DNA from: a virus
Length of the DNA: 46,554 nucleotides
Direction: 5' to 3' (one strand)
Virus record (IMG/VR): IMGVR_UViG_3300045988_054487
The notes under the pieces were generated by a model that had not been told where the DNA came from, did no database searches, and was given only the letters and a program-made list of their open reading frames with translations. The translations under genes were made by a program, and so were the position numbers. The first letter of the stretch is position 1. Every line of letters begins with the position of its first letter. This document shows positions 1 to 8,520 of the stretch, piece after piece.

Positions 1-1082
1 AAAATTGGCTTGGCGGTGCATATTGGACGCCGCCTGAAGTAACTACACGTCGCACACATGGCTATGATTTCCCTATGTGGTTTATACGCCCCTACTTTGC
101 AAAAGAAACGAAAAAAAACGCTGCTAAAAGTAAGATGACACCTAAGAAAAAACCTAAAATGAATAAAGGTAAAAAGATATTACTTGTAGCTGGACATGGT
201 AAAGGTGCTTATTCAAACGATCCGGGAGCAGTAGCTAATGGATATAATGAGCGCGATTTCAACAGAAAAGAAGTTATACCTAGAGTTAAGAAATATCTTG
301 AGAGCGTAGGTAACACTGTCGTTTTATATGGCGGCAAGAAAATGAACCAAGATTTATATCAAGATACGTTGTACGGTCAAAGAGTAGGAAATTACAAAGA
401 CTATGGTTTGTATTGGGTTAAAAACAATGTTAAACCTGACGCAATCATAGAGTTTCATCTTGACGCGGCAGGACCTCAAGCCAGTGGAGGCCATGTAATA
501 GTGAGTGATAGATTTCCTGCCGATGATATAGACAAAGCGTTATCTAGCACATTAGACAAAACAGTTGGCAAAATAAGAGGTGTGACACCTAGAAATGATC
601 TGCTAAACGCAAATGTTACTGGATCGTTAAACCTAAACTATAGATTAATAGAATTAGGTTTTATAACATCTAAAAAAGACATGAATTACATCACAAAAAA
701 TATTGACGACTTCACTAAAAGAATTGCCGAAGCGATTAATGGTAGACAAATCAATGCGCCTAAAAGTAAGCCTTCTAGTAAAAAGATAACTTGGAATTGG
801 GGAGGTACTTTCTACCCTAATGCGCCTAAAGAAGGTATTAGAGTTAGAAGATCGCCCGGCTTAAATGGTGCTATTGTCGAAAGTGGTTCGTGGTTATACC
901 GAAAAACAGATTGGGTTAAATTTGATAGAGTTATCAAAAAGGATGGATATTGGTGGATTCGCTTTAAATATCAAGCGCCGGGATCAAGCAATAAACACTT
1001 CTACTGCGCTGTATGTAAAATTACTGATAAGCAACAAAAAATCAAAAATGAGAAATACTGGGGAACTATAGAGTGGAAATGA
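1..1082 (+). CDS. Endolysin, 3' portion of exon 2 (5'-partial in this window; continues from 46190..46554 across the circular junction): end of CHAP domain, Amidase_3 (N-acetylmuramoyl-L-alanine amidase, about 170-750) and SH3b/SH3_5 cell-wall-binding domain (about 786-1079)
   Basis: The reading frame is open from nt 3 and in phase with the frame at the window end. It has CHAP C-terminal motifs ([17 protein letters not shown]), the Amidase_3 signature ILLVAGHGKG..DPGA, and a C-terminal SH3b-like segment (WNWGGTFYP...GYWWIRFKY). The stop is at 1080-1082, followed by a hairpin terminator. Confidence 0.85.
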   Translation, partial: NWLGGAYWTPPEVTTRRTHGYDFPMWFIRPYFAKETKKNAAKSKMTPKKKPKMNKGKKILLVAGHGKGAYSNDPGAVANGYNERDFNRKEVIPRVKKYLESVGNTVVLYGGKKMNQDLYQDTLYGQRVGNYKDYGLYWVKNNVKPDAIIEFHLDAAGPQASGGHVIVSDRFPADDIDKALSSTLDKTVGKIRGVTPRNDLLNANVTGSLNLNYRLIELGFITSKKDMNYITKNIDDFTKRIAEAINGRQINAPKSKPSSKKITWNWGGTFYPNAPKEGIRVRRSPGLNGAIVESGSWLYRKTDWVKFDRVIKKDGYWWIRFKYQAPGSSNKHFYCAVCKITDKQQKIKNEKYWGTIEWK

Positions 1083-1162
1083 TTTACAAACAAAAATATT
1101 GGGTATATAATAATAACCATAAAACTATTATTCATTTTTCCCACTTAATAAATTTAACTTAG

Positions 1163-1190
1163 CCACGTCGTAATAGACGTGGTTATTTTT
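1163..1190 (+). terminator. Rho-independent terminator after endolysin (stem CCACGTC/GACGTGG, then TTATTTTT)
   Basis: 7-bp perfect inverted repeat with a 6-nt loop, followed by a T-rich run. Confidence 0.7.
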
Positions 1191-1270
1191 ATGTGATACT
1201 ATTAATTACGTAACCTAAAAGGTTATTAATTTAATTGTCCCTTTTAATTTGATACTATATTATATATTAC

Positions 1271-1310
1271 GACAAACGATATCCCCCTCTCGTTTGTCTT
1301 TTTTTATTTT
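1271..1310 (+). terminator. Second rho-independent terminator (stem GACAAACG/CGTTTGTC, then TTTTTTTATTTT)
   Basis: 8-bp inverted repeat with a 12-nt loop and a long T tract. Confidence 0.7.
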
Positions 1311-1314
1311 ACTA

Positions 1315-1343
1315 TTTACATTCTTAAATGATAATGCTATAAT
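1315..1343 (+). promoter_or_regulatory. Early sigma-A-type promoter P1: TTTACA-17 bp-TATAAT with extended -10 (TGcTATAAT)
   Basis: Both hexamers are near consensus, the spacing is 17 bp, TG sits at -15/-14, and a strong RBS and the first early gene follow. Confidence 0.65.
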
Positions 1344-1373
1344 TAGTATGTAATATTTAAGGAGGGAAACAAA

Positions 1374-1559
1374 ATGAAAGAGAGTACCAAAAGTTTTATA
1401 GCCTCTGACGTAGTATTCATTGTAATGAGTATCTTACTAATGAGATTGTTTTATTTCACAACAGCAATAGGAATTTCTATTTTTATCAGCGCAGCGTTTT
1501 ATTTATTTTTTGTAAGTTATGTATTCGATAAGGAGGATAAAAATGTTAGAAACAGTTAA
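1374..1559 (+). CDS. Small hydrophobic (membrane) protein, 61 aa
   Basis: RBS AAGGAGGG 8 nt upstream; two predicted TM segments. Confidence 0.5.
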   Translation: MKESTKSFIASDVVFIVMSILLMRLFYFTTAIGISIFISAAFYLFFVSYVFDKEDKNVRNS

Positions 1560-1785
1560 ATATATTTTAGAAATCATAGAGGAACACGAAATAGATTTTT
1601 ATTTTACAACAGACTATAATGCTATATACGAAAATGGCGTGACGGCTTTTAATTTTACAACTTATAATGACAATTTAACATCAATAAGAGATAATGTCAG
1701 AATTACATCTTTAGAAAGTGAAGAAGTTAAAGAAAAGAAAGTGAATAAAATTTACGAAATTATAACAGAAGGTTATTCTAATTAA
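1543..1785 (+). CDS. Hypothetical protein (about 80 aa; start moved to the ATG at 1543, which has RBS AGGAGGA upstream)
   Basis: ORF-track frame 1519..1785; internal ATG with a near-perfect RBS. Confidence 0.5.
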   Translation: MLETVKYILEIIEEHEIDFYFTTDYNAIYENGVTAFNFTTYNDNLTSIRDNVRITSLESEEVKEKKVNKIYEIITEGYSN

Positions 1786-1800
1786 TTAAGAGGTGGAAAA

Positions 1801-2286
1801 ATGAGCAATATATACGAGTTAACAGAAAGCTACAAACAAGTATTTGACGCTATATCAAGCGGAGAAGATGATCAAGTATATTTAGATACACTACAATCAA
1901 TCAATGACAGCATAGAAGATAAAGCAGATGGTTACATGAGAATTATTAAGAATTTAGAAGGCGATAACGAAGCATTAGACAAAGAAATTAAAAGGCTTCA
2001 AGCAAGAAAGAAAACAAACGAAAATGGCATAAAACGTATGAAAGAAGATTTACAATTAGCAATGGAACAAACAAATAAATTAGCATTTAAAACGCCATTA
2101 TTCAGTTATGGTATACAAAACAATGCACCGTCATTAGACAACATAGACACATCTAAAATACCTAAAAAGTATTTTGTAGAACAAGAACCTAAATTAGATA
2201 AAAAAGCATTGTTAAACGATCTGAAAGAAGGTCAAGAAATAAACGGAGCAACTATAAAACAAACTCAATCATTAAGAGTAAGATAA
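1801..2286 (+). CDS. Siphovirus Gp157-family protein
   Basis: 161 aa and coiled-coil; composition and position, immediately upstream of an ERF-type recombinase, are typical of Sipho_Gp157 proteins in Firmicutes phages. Confidence 0.5.
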   Translation: MSNIYELTESYKQVFDAISSGEDDQVYLDTLQSINDSIEDKADGYMRIIKNLEGDNEALDKEIKRLQARKKTNENGIKRMKEDLQLAMEQTNKLAFKTPLFSYGIQNNAPSLDNIDTSKIPKKYFVEQEPKLDKKALLNDLKEGQEINGATIKQTQSLRVR

Positions 2287-2301
2287 TAGGAGGATTACAA
2301 A

Positions 2302-3015
2302 ATGAAAAAATCAGAGAGTATTGTAGAAATAAGTAAAGCATTATCAGAATTTAGAAAAGAAGTTAAACAACCGATGAAAGACGCTAACAACCCATTCTTC
2401 AAAAGTAAGTACGTTCCGTTGGAGAACGTCGTAGAAGCTATCGACGAAACAGCGCCTAAACATGGATTGTCGTTTACGCAGTGGGCTTTAAATGATAATA
2501 ATGGCAACGTAGGAGTTGCAACATTATTATTACATTCAAGTGGCGAATTTATTGAATATGACGCCGTTTATATGAAACCAGAGAAATTAACGCCTCAGGG
2601 TGCAGGTAGTACAATAAGTTATTTAAAACGTTATGCTTTATCAGCGGTTTTCGGAATTACAAGCGATGTAGACGACGACGCAAACGAAGCAAGTGGAAAT
2701 AACAAGCAGAATAATTATCAACAACGCAACAACCAACAAAGACAACAACCTCAAGCAACAAGAACGAATGATAACAAACTGCCAGTGCAAGACAAAGGAA
2801 AGTTATTACTAGCACAACAAAAAGCAACAGACTTAGCAGACGTCATAAACTCTCAAGATGAAGCAGACGGAAACAACCCTATAACACAAGAAAAGATACT
2901 AAATGGATATGTAAATAAAGTGGGTGCTACTGATTTATCGAAAGCAACAAATGAACAGTTAATTAATATTGTTCAATTGATAGATAAAAATATAGAAAAG
3001 TATAAAAACAAATAA
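2302..3015 (+). CDS. ERF-family single-strand annealing protein (recombinase) with Q/N-rich C-terminal tail
   Basis: The N-terminal 150 aa resemble the ERF fold (…FKSKYVPLENVV…YLKRYALSAVFGI…); the C-terminus is low-complexity and Q/N-rich. Confidence 0.55.
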   Translation: MKKSESIVEISKALSEFRKEVKQPMKDANNPFFKSKYVPLENVVEAIDETAPKHGLSFTQWALNDNNGNVGVATLLLHSSGEFIEYDAVYMKPEKLTPQGAGSTISYLKRYALSAVFGITSDVDDDANEASGNNKQNNYQQRNNQQRQQPQATRTNDNKLPVQDKGKLLLAQQKATDLADVINSQDEADGNNPITQEKILNGYVNKVGATDLSKATNEQLINIVQLIDKNIEKYKNK

Positions 3016-3025
3016 TCAATTTTAA

Positions 3026-3090
3026 GGGGGTATTTAGGGGCGTTTATAAAAATTTAATCCTGTTTTACATTTACGCTTTAAAATACCCCC
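3026..3090. repeat. Long-range inverted repeat GGGGGTATTT ... AAATACCCCC (10 bp arms, about 45-nt spacer) in the ERF-downstream intergenic region
   Basis: Perfect 10-bp reverse-complementary arms read directly from the sequence. Confidence 0.6.
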
Positions 3091-3125
3091 AAATTTTTAA
3101 AAATAAAGGCATATGAGGTAATTAT

Positions 3126-3803
3126 ATGACTGAAGTTTACAAATACAAAGGTAACGGAGACGGAACTTATAACATTCAAATAGATAACGTGAAGATACCA
3201 TTCAAAAATTTAGAAATGTTAACACGTGGCTTAGGAACAGAAGTGGAATTAAAGTTTATTGATCCTGACGACATATCACACAAACAACGTAAACTAATAT
3301 TTGCATTGCTAGGCGATATTGAAGAACACACAGGCGATCCAGTAGAGTATCGTCGACATAGACTAACATTAGAATTTATGGCATATAAGAATATAGATGA
3401 ATTTAGTTTGTCTAATTGCAGCATGACAGACGCTAGAGAGTTTATAGAATTTATATTGGCATTCATATTTAGAAATAATATACCTATCACTTATGACACA
3501 TCAGACTTACTCAAAGAAGATAAAGCCTATTTATACTATGCAACAATTAATCGTAAGTGCGTTATATGTGGCGAAGAGAATGCACAACTTGCACATCACT
3601 ATCACATCGGTAGAGGTATGAACAGAAACAAAATGGATCATTACGGTTACGAAGTATTAGCTTTATGCCATAAACATCATCGCTTACAACACAACATAGG
3701 TATAAGAACGTTTGATAAAAAATACGCTTTAGATAAGTCTTGGATCAAAGTTGATGAGCGATTAAATAAAATGTTGAAGGGACAAAAATACGAGGAGAAT
3801 TAA
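3126..3803 (+). CDS. Hypothetical protein with C-terminal Cys/His zinc-binding, nuclease-like motif (CxxC...AHHYH...CHKHH)
   Basis: 225 aa; the metal-binding residue pattern looks like an HNH or DUF968-type motif; the family assignment is unverified. Confidence 0.3.
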   Translation: MTEVYKYKGNGDGTYNIQIDNVKIPFKNLEMLTRGLGTEVELKFIDPDDISHKQRKLIFALLGDIEEHTGDPVEYRRHRLTLEFMAYKNIDEFSLSNCSMTDAREFIEFILAFIFRNNIPITYDTSDLLKEDKAYLYYATINRKCVICGEENAQLAHHYHIGRGMNRNKMDHYGYEVLALCHKHHRLQHNIGIRTFDKKYALDKSWIKVDERLNKMLKGQKYEEN

Positions 3804-3805
3804 TT

Positions 3806-3988
3806 ATGAGAGAGAAAATAGAAGCAGTAATCAATTCTGATTTATCAGGATACGCAATCGAAAAGCATTGTAAAACTGTATCGCAAAATACAGTAAGCAG
3901 CCTAAGAACAGGTAAATACGAAATAGATAATTTAAGATTTAAAACTTGCGAAGAGTTATCAAAGGTTTATGACGATCTTATTAAATGA
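3806..3988 (+). CDS. Hypothetical small protein (60 aa)
   Basis: Good RBS (GAGGAG); the stop overlaps the terminator hairpin. Confidence 0.45.
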   Translation: MREKIEAVINSDLSGYAIEKHCKTVSQNTVSSLRTGKYEIDNLRFKTCEELSKVYDDLIK

Positions 3989-4008
3989 GTGCTTCGGCAC
4001 TTTTTTTA
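3988..4008 (+). terminator. Rho-independent terminator (AGTGC-TTCG-GCACT, then TTTTTTT)
   Basis: 5-bp stem with a tetraloop, followed by a 7-T run. Confidence 0.7.
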
Positions 4009-4018
4009 TATTCGATAG

Positions 4019-4047
4019 TTTACATTTTATGTTGTAAATGTTAAAAT
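4019..4047 (+). promoter_or_regulatory. Promoter P2: TTTACA-17 bp-TAAAAT with extended -10 (TGtTAAAAT); the spacer contains GTTGTAAATGT, shared with P3
   Basis: Hexamers, spacing and the TG motif; a near-identical 26-nt element occurs again at 8262-8292. Confidence 0.55.
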
Positions 4048-4074
4048 TATTTTAGATTTTAAGGAGGAATGATT

Positions 4075-4344
4075 ATGAGTAATCAAATAACAGTGAATAA
4101 AGATTTAATAACAGAAAGCAGAATGAATGGTAATAATAAAATCGTTTATATGTATTTGAAATTATTAAGCAATGGAGGAGATCTAGTACCTATACCATTG
4201 CAACATATCGCTGACGAATTATTTATAAACGTAAACACTGTGAAATCGTCAATAAAGATTTTAAGAGAGTTTGGATATATTAAAGTTCATAAGCAGTTAG
4301 GAAATAGAGGTAGTATTTTAAACGCATACGAAATAGTTAAATAA
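4075..4344 (+). CDS. Winged-helix DNA-binding protein (replication-module associated)
   Basis: RBS AAGGAGGA 7 nt upstream; HTH-like segment IPLQHIADELFINVNTVKSSIKILREFGYIKV. Confidence 0.45.
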   Translation: MSNQITVNKDLITESRMNGNNKIVYMYLKLLSNGGDLVPIPLQHIADELFINVNTVKSSIKILREFGYIKVHKQLGNRGSILNAYEIVK

Positions 4345-4357
4345 AGGAGATAAAATT

Positions 4358-5248
4358 ATGAGTAACAAAAGATATTATTGGTTGAAATTGAAAGAAGATT
4401 TTTTCGAAGACGAAACAATAGAATTTATAGAAAGTCAAAAAAACGGTGTGAAGTACGTAAACTTTTATTTAAAATTATTGCTTAAATCTTTAAAAAATGA
4501 AGGTTATTTAATTAGATATATTGGAGAAAAACTTATTCCTTACGATCTTGAAGCACTTTCTCGATTAACCAATTGCGACTTCGACACTGTTAGAAGTGCA
4601 ATGGACTTATTCACAGAAATTGGCATAGTTAAAAAAATGGAAAGTGGCGAGATATATTTAACACAAATAAACGAAATGATTGGATCAGAAACCAAAAAAG
4701 CAGAAAGTATGCGTCGTCTAAGAGCTAAAAGAAGAAAAAACGAGCAAATAAATGAGGGTGGTAACAATGTTACCGGCGAGTTACCTGAAGTTACTGAACC
4801 GTTACTCAAACGTTACACAGAGAAAGAGATAGAGTTAGATAAAGAGTTAGATAAAGAGTTAGAGAAAAGAGATAAGAATTTAGATAAAGAGAACAAGAAT
4901 GTTAAGAGTAACAGTGAAGATGAAAAAAAAGAAAGCATACCAGTATCAGAAGTATTTATACTGTTACAAAATGAATATACTAATCAAGTAACGCCAATCA
5001 AACTAGAAAGTTTAATACCAGAGATAGAGAAGATCGGGGAAAATGCTACTGACATAATATCTTTAGCTATTGACTATGCTAAGAACAAGACAAACAATTT
5101 AAATTACCTAGTTAAAATTATTAATAACTGGGCAGATGAGGGTATTAGTACAGTAGAACAAGCTAAAGAAAAAATAAGCGGTAAACAAAAGAAGAATAAC
5201 ACTAGCTGGATAGATGACGAACTTAACACATTCGGAGGGGACGCCTAA
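4358..5248 (+). CDS. Replication initiation protein, or phage replisome organizer, with a DnaD-like C-terminal domain
   Basis: The N-terminus (YYWLKLKEDFF…VKYVNFYLKLL) matches the phage replisome-organizer N-terminal family. The C-terminus has a DnaD-like domain (NYLVKIINNWADEGISTVEQAKE). Internal DNA repeats suggest an embedded origin. Confidence 0.7.
   Translation: MSNKRYYWLKLKEDFFEDETIEFIESQKNGVKYVNFYLKLLLKSLKNEGYLIRYIGEKLIPYDLEALSRLTNCDFDTVRSAMDLFTEIGIVKKMESGEIYLTQINEMIGSETKKAESMRRLRAKRRKNEQINEGGNNVTGELPEVTEPLLKRYTEKEIELDKELDKELEKRDKNLDKENKNVKSNSEDEKKESIPVSEVFILLQNEYTNQVTPIKLESLIPEIEKIGENATDIISLAIDYAKNKTNNLNYLVKIINNWADEGISTVEQAKEKISGKQKKNNTSWIDDELNTFGGDA
4829..4900. repeat. Iteron-like tandem 12-bp repeats (ATAGAGTTAGAT, AAAGAGTTAGAT, AAAGAGTTAGAG, plus degenerate copies) inside the replisome organizer gene; putative origin of replication
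   Basis: Three contiguous 12-mers at 4829-4864 and further degenerate copies up to about 4900; they encode a low-complexity ELDKELDKELEK linker. Confidence 0.5.
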
Positions 5249-5613
5249 TGAGTATGACTAGAAAAGAAGGTCTTAAAATACTAAAGTTAGTAAGCGACTT
5301 ATTTGAGATTGACTTTGACGAAAACAAAGGTAATGCTTGGCTAGATATACTAATGCAAAAAGGCGACTACGAAGAAACAGTAAAAAATATCAAAAGACGA
5401 GCTGTAGACGGTAGCCGCTTCAAACCTAGAATATCTGAAATAGTTATCAAACCAGTTAAAAAGAATGATTTTTATAAAAACTATGATGAAACAAAAACAC
5501 ATGCTTATAAAAAGAAAAACGATAAACAATATGCACAAGTTATAAAGAAGTTTGAAATGTTAAGAGATAAATTACAAAAAGAGGTTGAAGCAGATGAAGA
5601 ACAACGTATATAG
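5248..5613 (+). CDS. Putative helicase loader (small protein between organizer and DnaB helicase, G39P-like position)
   Basis: 121 aa; translationally coupled (TAATG) to the organizer; sits immediately upstream of the helicase gene as in the SPP1 G38P/G39P/G40P arrangement; positional inference only. Confidence 0.3.
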   Translation: MSMTRKEGLKILKLVSDLFEIDFDENKGNAWLDILMQKGDYEETVKNIKRRAVDGSRFKPRISEIVIKPVKKNDFYKNYDETKTHAYKKKNDKQYAQVIKKFEMLRDKLQKEVEADEEQRI

Positions 5614-6865
5614 CTTGAATACTGAACAGAGTATATTAGCTAATCTTATACAAGACAGCAGTTTGATTGACGACTTAAAAATATCGCCTGAAATGTTTCA
5701 AGATCAATCAGCTGCTAATGTTTTAAGATTTATCTTAGAACGTGGAGAAGTCAATATACAAGAAATTTATCAAAAATCTAGGTCAGATCATTCTTTCATG
5801 AGTACGGATATGTTGGGAGCTTTATATAACACCGACGAAGTAACTCGAGTGATGTTTAAAAACGATCAACAAGATTTATTAGAACAATACAAAAGCCGAC
5901 GTGTTCAAGAAATAACGAGAGAATATATTAAAACACCTATGACTAAACAAGAAAGAGAAAACATGCAATCCGAAATAGAGAGCGTCAATAACATATCTAT
6001 GAACGAAGATAATAAGTTAAGTAAACAACTTTTAACTTTTGTTGATGATTTCTTGGACGACAAACCGAAACAATTCATCAAAACAGGATTGTCGAATGTA
6101 GACGCGCAAATATACGGCTTCGAGCCAACACAACTTATTGTCATAGGCGCTAGACCGGGTGCTGGTAAAACAGCTATCGCGTTAAACATGATGTATAATA
6201 TAGCTAGGAATGGTTATCCGGTGTCTTTCTTTAGTTTAGAAACAACGGATCAAAAAATACTTAGCAGACTTGTTTCTAGCACGTCAGGTGTATCAGGTAA
6301 TAAAATAGATTTTAAAAATGACTTGAGTGATAAAGAAGTAACTCAAGTAATGAGTGCTATTGATAGACTAAGCAATTTAGAAAGTAGCGGTTTTCAAATT
6401 ATAGATAGTGGGTACGTCACTATGAATGATATAAGACGTGTAGCAAAAGAAAAGCACGACAAGCCTCAAGTTATATTCATAGACTACTTGCAACTAATCA
6501 AAGTTGAGGGTAGCAAAAAGGATAGACGATTAGAGATTGACGAGATAAGCAGAAACTTAAAACTCATTGCAAAAGAGAATAATTGTGTGATTGTAGCATT
6601 GTCACAATTAAGTAGAGGCGTAGAAAGTAGGCAAGATAAAAGACCTACGCTATCTGATCTAAAAGAGTCGGGCGGTATTGAGCAAGACTCAAATATGGTT
6701 ATGTTTCTTTACAGAGAGGATTATTACGACACAACATTGCAAGATGATACGACAGGAATATCTGAAATAGAACTGAATGTAGCCAAAAACAGAGATGGAT
6801 CAGTAGGCACAGTATTGCTCAATTTCCATAAATTCACACAAAAATATACAAGTAAGGTTATTTAA
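5594..6865 (+). CDS. DnaB-family replicative DNA helicase
   Basis: Walker A GARPGAGKT, followed by the helicase motifs H2 (IFIDYLQL), H3 (ALSQLSR) and H4 (GGIEQDSN). Confidence 0.85.
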   Translation: MKNNVYSLNTEQSILANLIQDSSLIDDLKISPEMFQDQSAANVLRFILERGEVNIQEIYQKSRSDHSFMSTDMLGALYNTDEVTRVMFKNDQQDLLEQYKSRRVQEITREYIKTPMTKQERENMQSEIESVNNISMNEDNKLSKQLLTFVDDFLDDKPKQFIKTGLSNVDAQIYGFEPTQLIVIGARPGAGKTAIALNMMYNIARNGYPVSFFSLETTDQKILSRLVSSTSGVSGNKIDFKNDLSDKEVTQVMSAIDRLSNLESSGFQIIDSGYVTMNDIRRVAKEKHDKPQVIFIDYLQLIKVEGSKKDRRLEIDEISRNLKLIAKENNCVIVALSQLSRGVESRQDKRPTLSDLKESGGIEQDSNMVMFLYREDYYDTTLQDDTTGISEIELNVAKNRDGSVGTVLLNFHKFTQKYTSKVI

Positions 6866-6866
6866 A

Positions 6867-7127
6867 ATGTTTAAAACTATTGACGATGAGAAATCAGCAA
6901 TTAAAAAACTATATAAAGAAACACAAGATCCCGTTCTAGCAATTCATCTTATCGCATTAGGTAGAAGCATAAATGAATTGTTAGAACGTGGAGATTTAAT
7001 TATTTTTGATATTTTGAACGAAGAAAATTTAAAAAAAGTATTGGATAATATTGATTATGATAAAATAAATAAATGGTTAAAACGAAAAGGCTATTTAGAG
7101 GACGATACAGACGATTTATTGTTTTGA
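6867..7127 (+). CDS. Hypothetical protein (86 aa)
   Basis: ORF with an RBS, coupled to the helicase stop. Confidence 0.4.
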   Translation: MFKTIDDEKSAIKKLYKETQDPVLAIHLIALGRSINELLERGDLIIFDILNEENLKKVLDNIDYDKINKWLKRKGYLEDDTDDLLF

Positions 7128-7206
7128 TGATTAATATATCCGAAAAGTCAAAAATAAACGAAAATGACGCCTTAGAATTAAAAATAAAGGCATAGGAGGA
7201 CTTAAT

Positions 7207-7674
7207 ATGTTGAACAGAGTAGTATTAGTAGGAAGATTGACGAAAGATCCGGAATTTAGAACAACGCAAAGTGGTGTAGAAGTAACGACATTTACTTTAG
7301 CGATCAACAGAAATTTTACAAATGCACAGGGAGAACGTGAAGCAGATTTCATAAACGTTGTAACTTTTAATAAACAAGCAGTCAATGTAAACAACTATTT
7401 AAGCAAAGGAAGTTTGGCAGGTGTAGACGGCCGCTTACAATCTCGTAGTTACGAAAACCAAGAAGGACGACGTGTATTCGTTACAGAGGTTGTAGCAGAT
7501 AACGTTCAATTTTTAGAGCCTAAAGGAAACAACAATCAACAGAACAACCAACAAAATAACGGATACCAACAAACAGGACAAGCACAGCAAAACAAACAAA
7601 CACCTATGGGAGATAATCCATTCGCAAATGCTAACGGTCCAATTGATGTGAGTGATGATGATTTACCTTTTTAA
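7207..7674 (+). CDS. ssb: Single-stranded DNA-binding protein
   Basis: OB-fold N-terminus ([12 protein letters not shown]…), a Q/N/G-rich linker and the canonical acidic C-terminal tail DDDLPF. Confidence 0.9.
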   Translation: MLNRVVLVGRLTKDPEFRTTQSGVEVTTFTLAINRNFTNAQGEREADFINVVTFNKQAVNVNNYLSKGSLAGVDGRLQSRSYENQEGRRVFVTEVVADNVQFLEPKGNNNQQNNQQNNGYQQTGQAQQNKQTPMGDNPFANANGPIDVSDDDLPF

Positions 7675-7724
7675 ATAAAAATATTATTTTATAAAACATA
7701 AAATGAATTAACAGGAGATCTAAA

Positions 7725-8240
7725 ATGATTGAATGGAAACCGATTGAAGGTTATGAAGGAAAATACTATATAAACCAATACGGGCAAATAATAAGTCATT
7801 ACTTTAAAGAGCCCAGAATGTTAAGTATTAAAAGTACAGACAACGAGTATTTAAGAGTAAATCTAACTCACAAAGGGAAACGAAAAAGACGGTCAATACA
7901 CAGACTTGTCGCTGAAACATTTAAACCTAATACAACCGGAGAAGATTTGCAGATCAATCACATAGACGGAGACAAATTTAACAACCATGTAGACAACTTA
8001 GAGTGGTGTACGTGTAGAGATAATATATATCACGCTTTCGAAAAAGGATTGAACCAAAACAACAACAGGATAATATTAACTGATATAGAAACAAGCGAAG
8101 AGACACATTTTATCAGTCAAAGGAGAGCGAGTGAATACTTAGGACAAAAACAAAACTATATATGCAGAATGTTTTCTAAAGGTATAAACATCGTTGAAAG
8201 TAAGAATAGTAAAATATACGAAGTAAAGCGGGAAAATTAA
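7725..8240 (+). CDS. Free-standing HNH homing endonuclease (NUMOD4 + HNH_3)
   Basis: NUMOD4 motif WKPIEGYEGKYYINQYGQI; HNH motif INHIDGDKFNNHVDNLEWCTCRDN. Confidence 0.8.
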   Translation: MIEWKPIEGYEGKYYINQYGQIISHYFKEPRMLSIKSTDNEYLRVNLTHKGKRKRRSIHRLVAETFKPNTTGEDLQINHIDGDKFNNHVDNLEWCTCRDNIYHAFEKGLNQNNNRIILTDIETSEETHFISQRRASEYLGQKQNYICRMFSKGINIVESKNSKIYEVKREN

Positions 8241-8260
8241 TTCCCGTTTTATTATTATTT
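8229..8260 (+). terminator. Rho-independent terminator (CGGGAA-AATTAA-TTCCCG, then TTTTATTATTATTT)
   Basis: 6-bp GC-rich stem overlapping the HNH stop codon, followed by a long T-rich tract. Confidence 0.65.
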
Positions 8261-8263
8261 TAG

Positions 8264-8292
8264 TTTACAATATTTGTTGTAAATGTTACAAT
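8264..8292 (+). promoter_or_regulatory. Promoter P3: TTTACA-17 bp-TACAAT with extended -10 (TGtTACAAT); shares GTTGTAAATGTTA with P2
   Basis: Hexamers and spacing; 26-nt similarity to the element at 4017-4047. Confidence 0.55.
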
Positions 8293-8324
8293 GTATATTG
8301 TAAACGATAGAAAGAGGTGAACAA

Positions 8325-8516
8325 ATGTACTTTTACGACGAAGAGGAAATGCGAAACCGTTTGAAAGAAAAAGGTTTGAGCATTAGAGAATTAAGCAAAC
8401 GAGTTGATTTGCCATACAATACAGTTTACGCGATATTCAAAGGTCAAAGTAACATCGACGGAGTAAGATTGAGAGTTTACAAAAAGATAGTAAATGAATT
8501 GTGGAAAGGAGAGTAA
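8325..8516 (+). CDS. Small HTH (XRE-like) DNA-binding protein, 63 aa
   Basis: Helix-turn-helix segment LSIRELSKRVDLPYNTVYAIFKG; first gene after P3. Confidence 0.5.
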   Translation: MYFYDEEEMRNRLKEKGLSIRELSKRVDLPYNTVYAIFKGQSNIDGVRLRVYKKIVNELWKGE

Positions 8517-8520
8517 GTGT

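Noticed and set aside
865-1071. 68-aa + strand ORF inside the endolysin SH3b region
   Set aside because: It is an alternate frame entirely within a gene with clear domain homology in the other frame.
1083-1373. attP/integrase remnant in the lysin-downstream region
   Set aside because: There is no ORF on either strand and no recombinase motif. The region is fully accounted for by two terminators and promoter P1.
4019-8292. The repeated 26-nt element at 4017-4047 and 8262-8292 as a mobile-element terminal inverted repeat
   Set aside because: The two copies are direct, not inverted, and each decomposes cleanly into -35/-10 promoter hexamers at canonical spacing. A promoter/operator interpretation is preferred.
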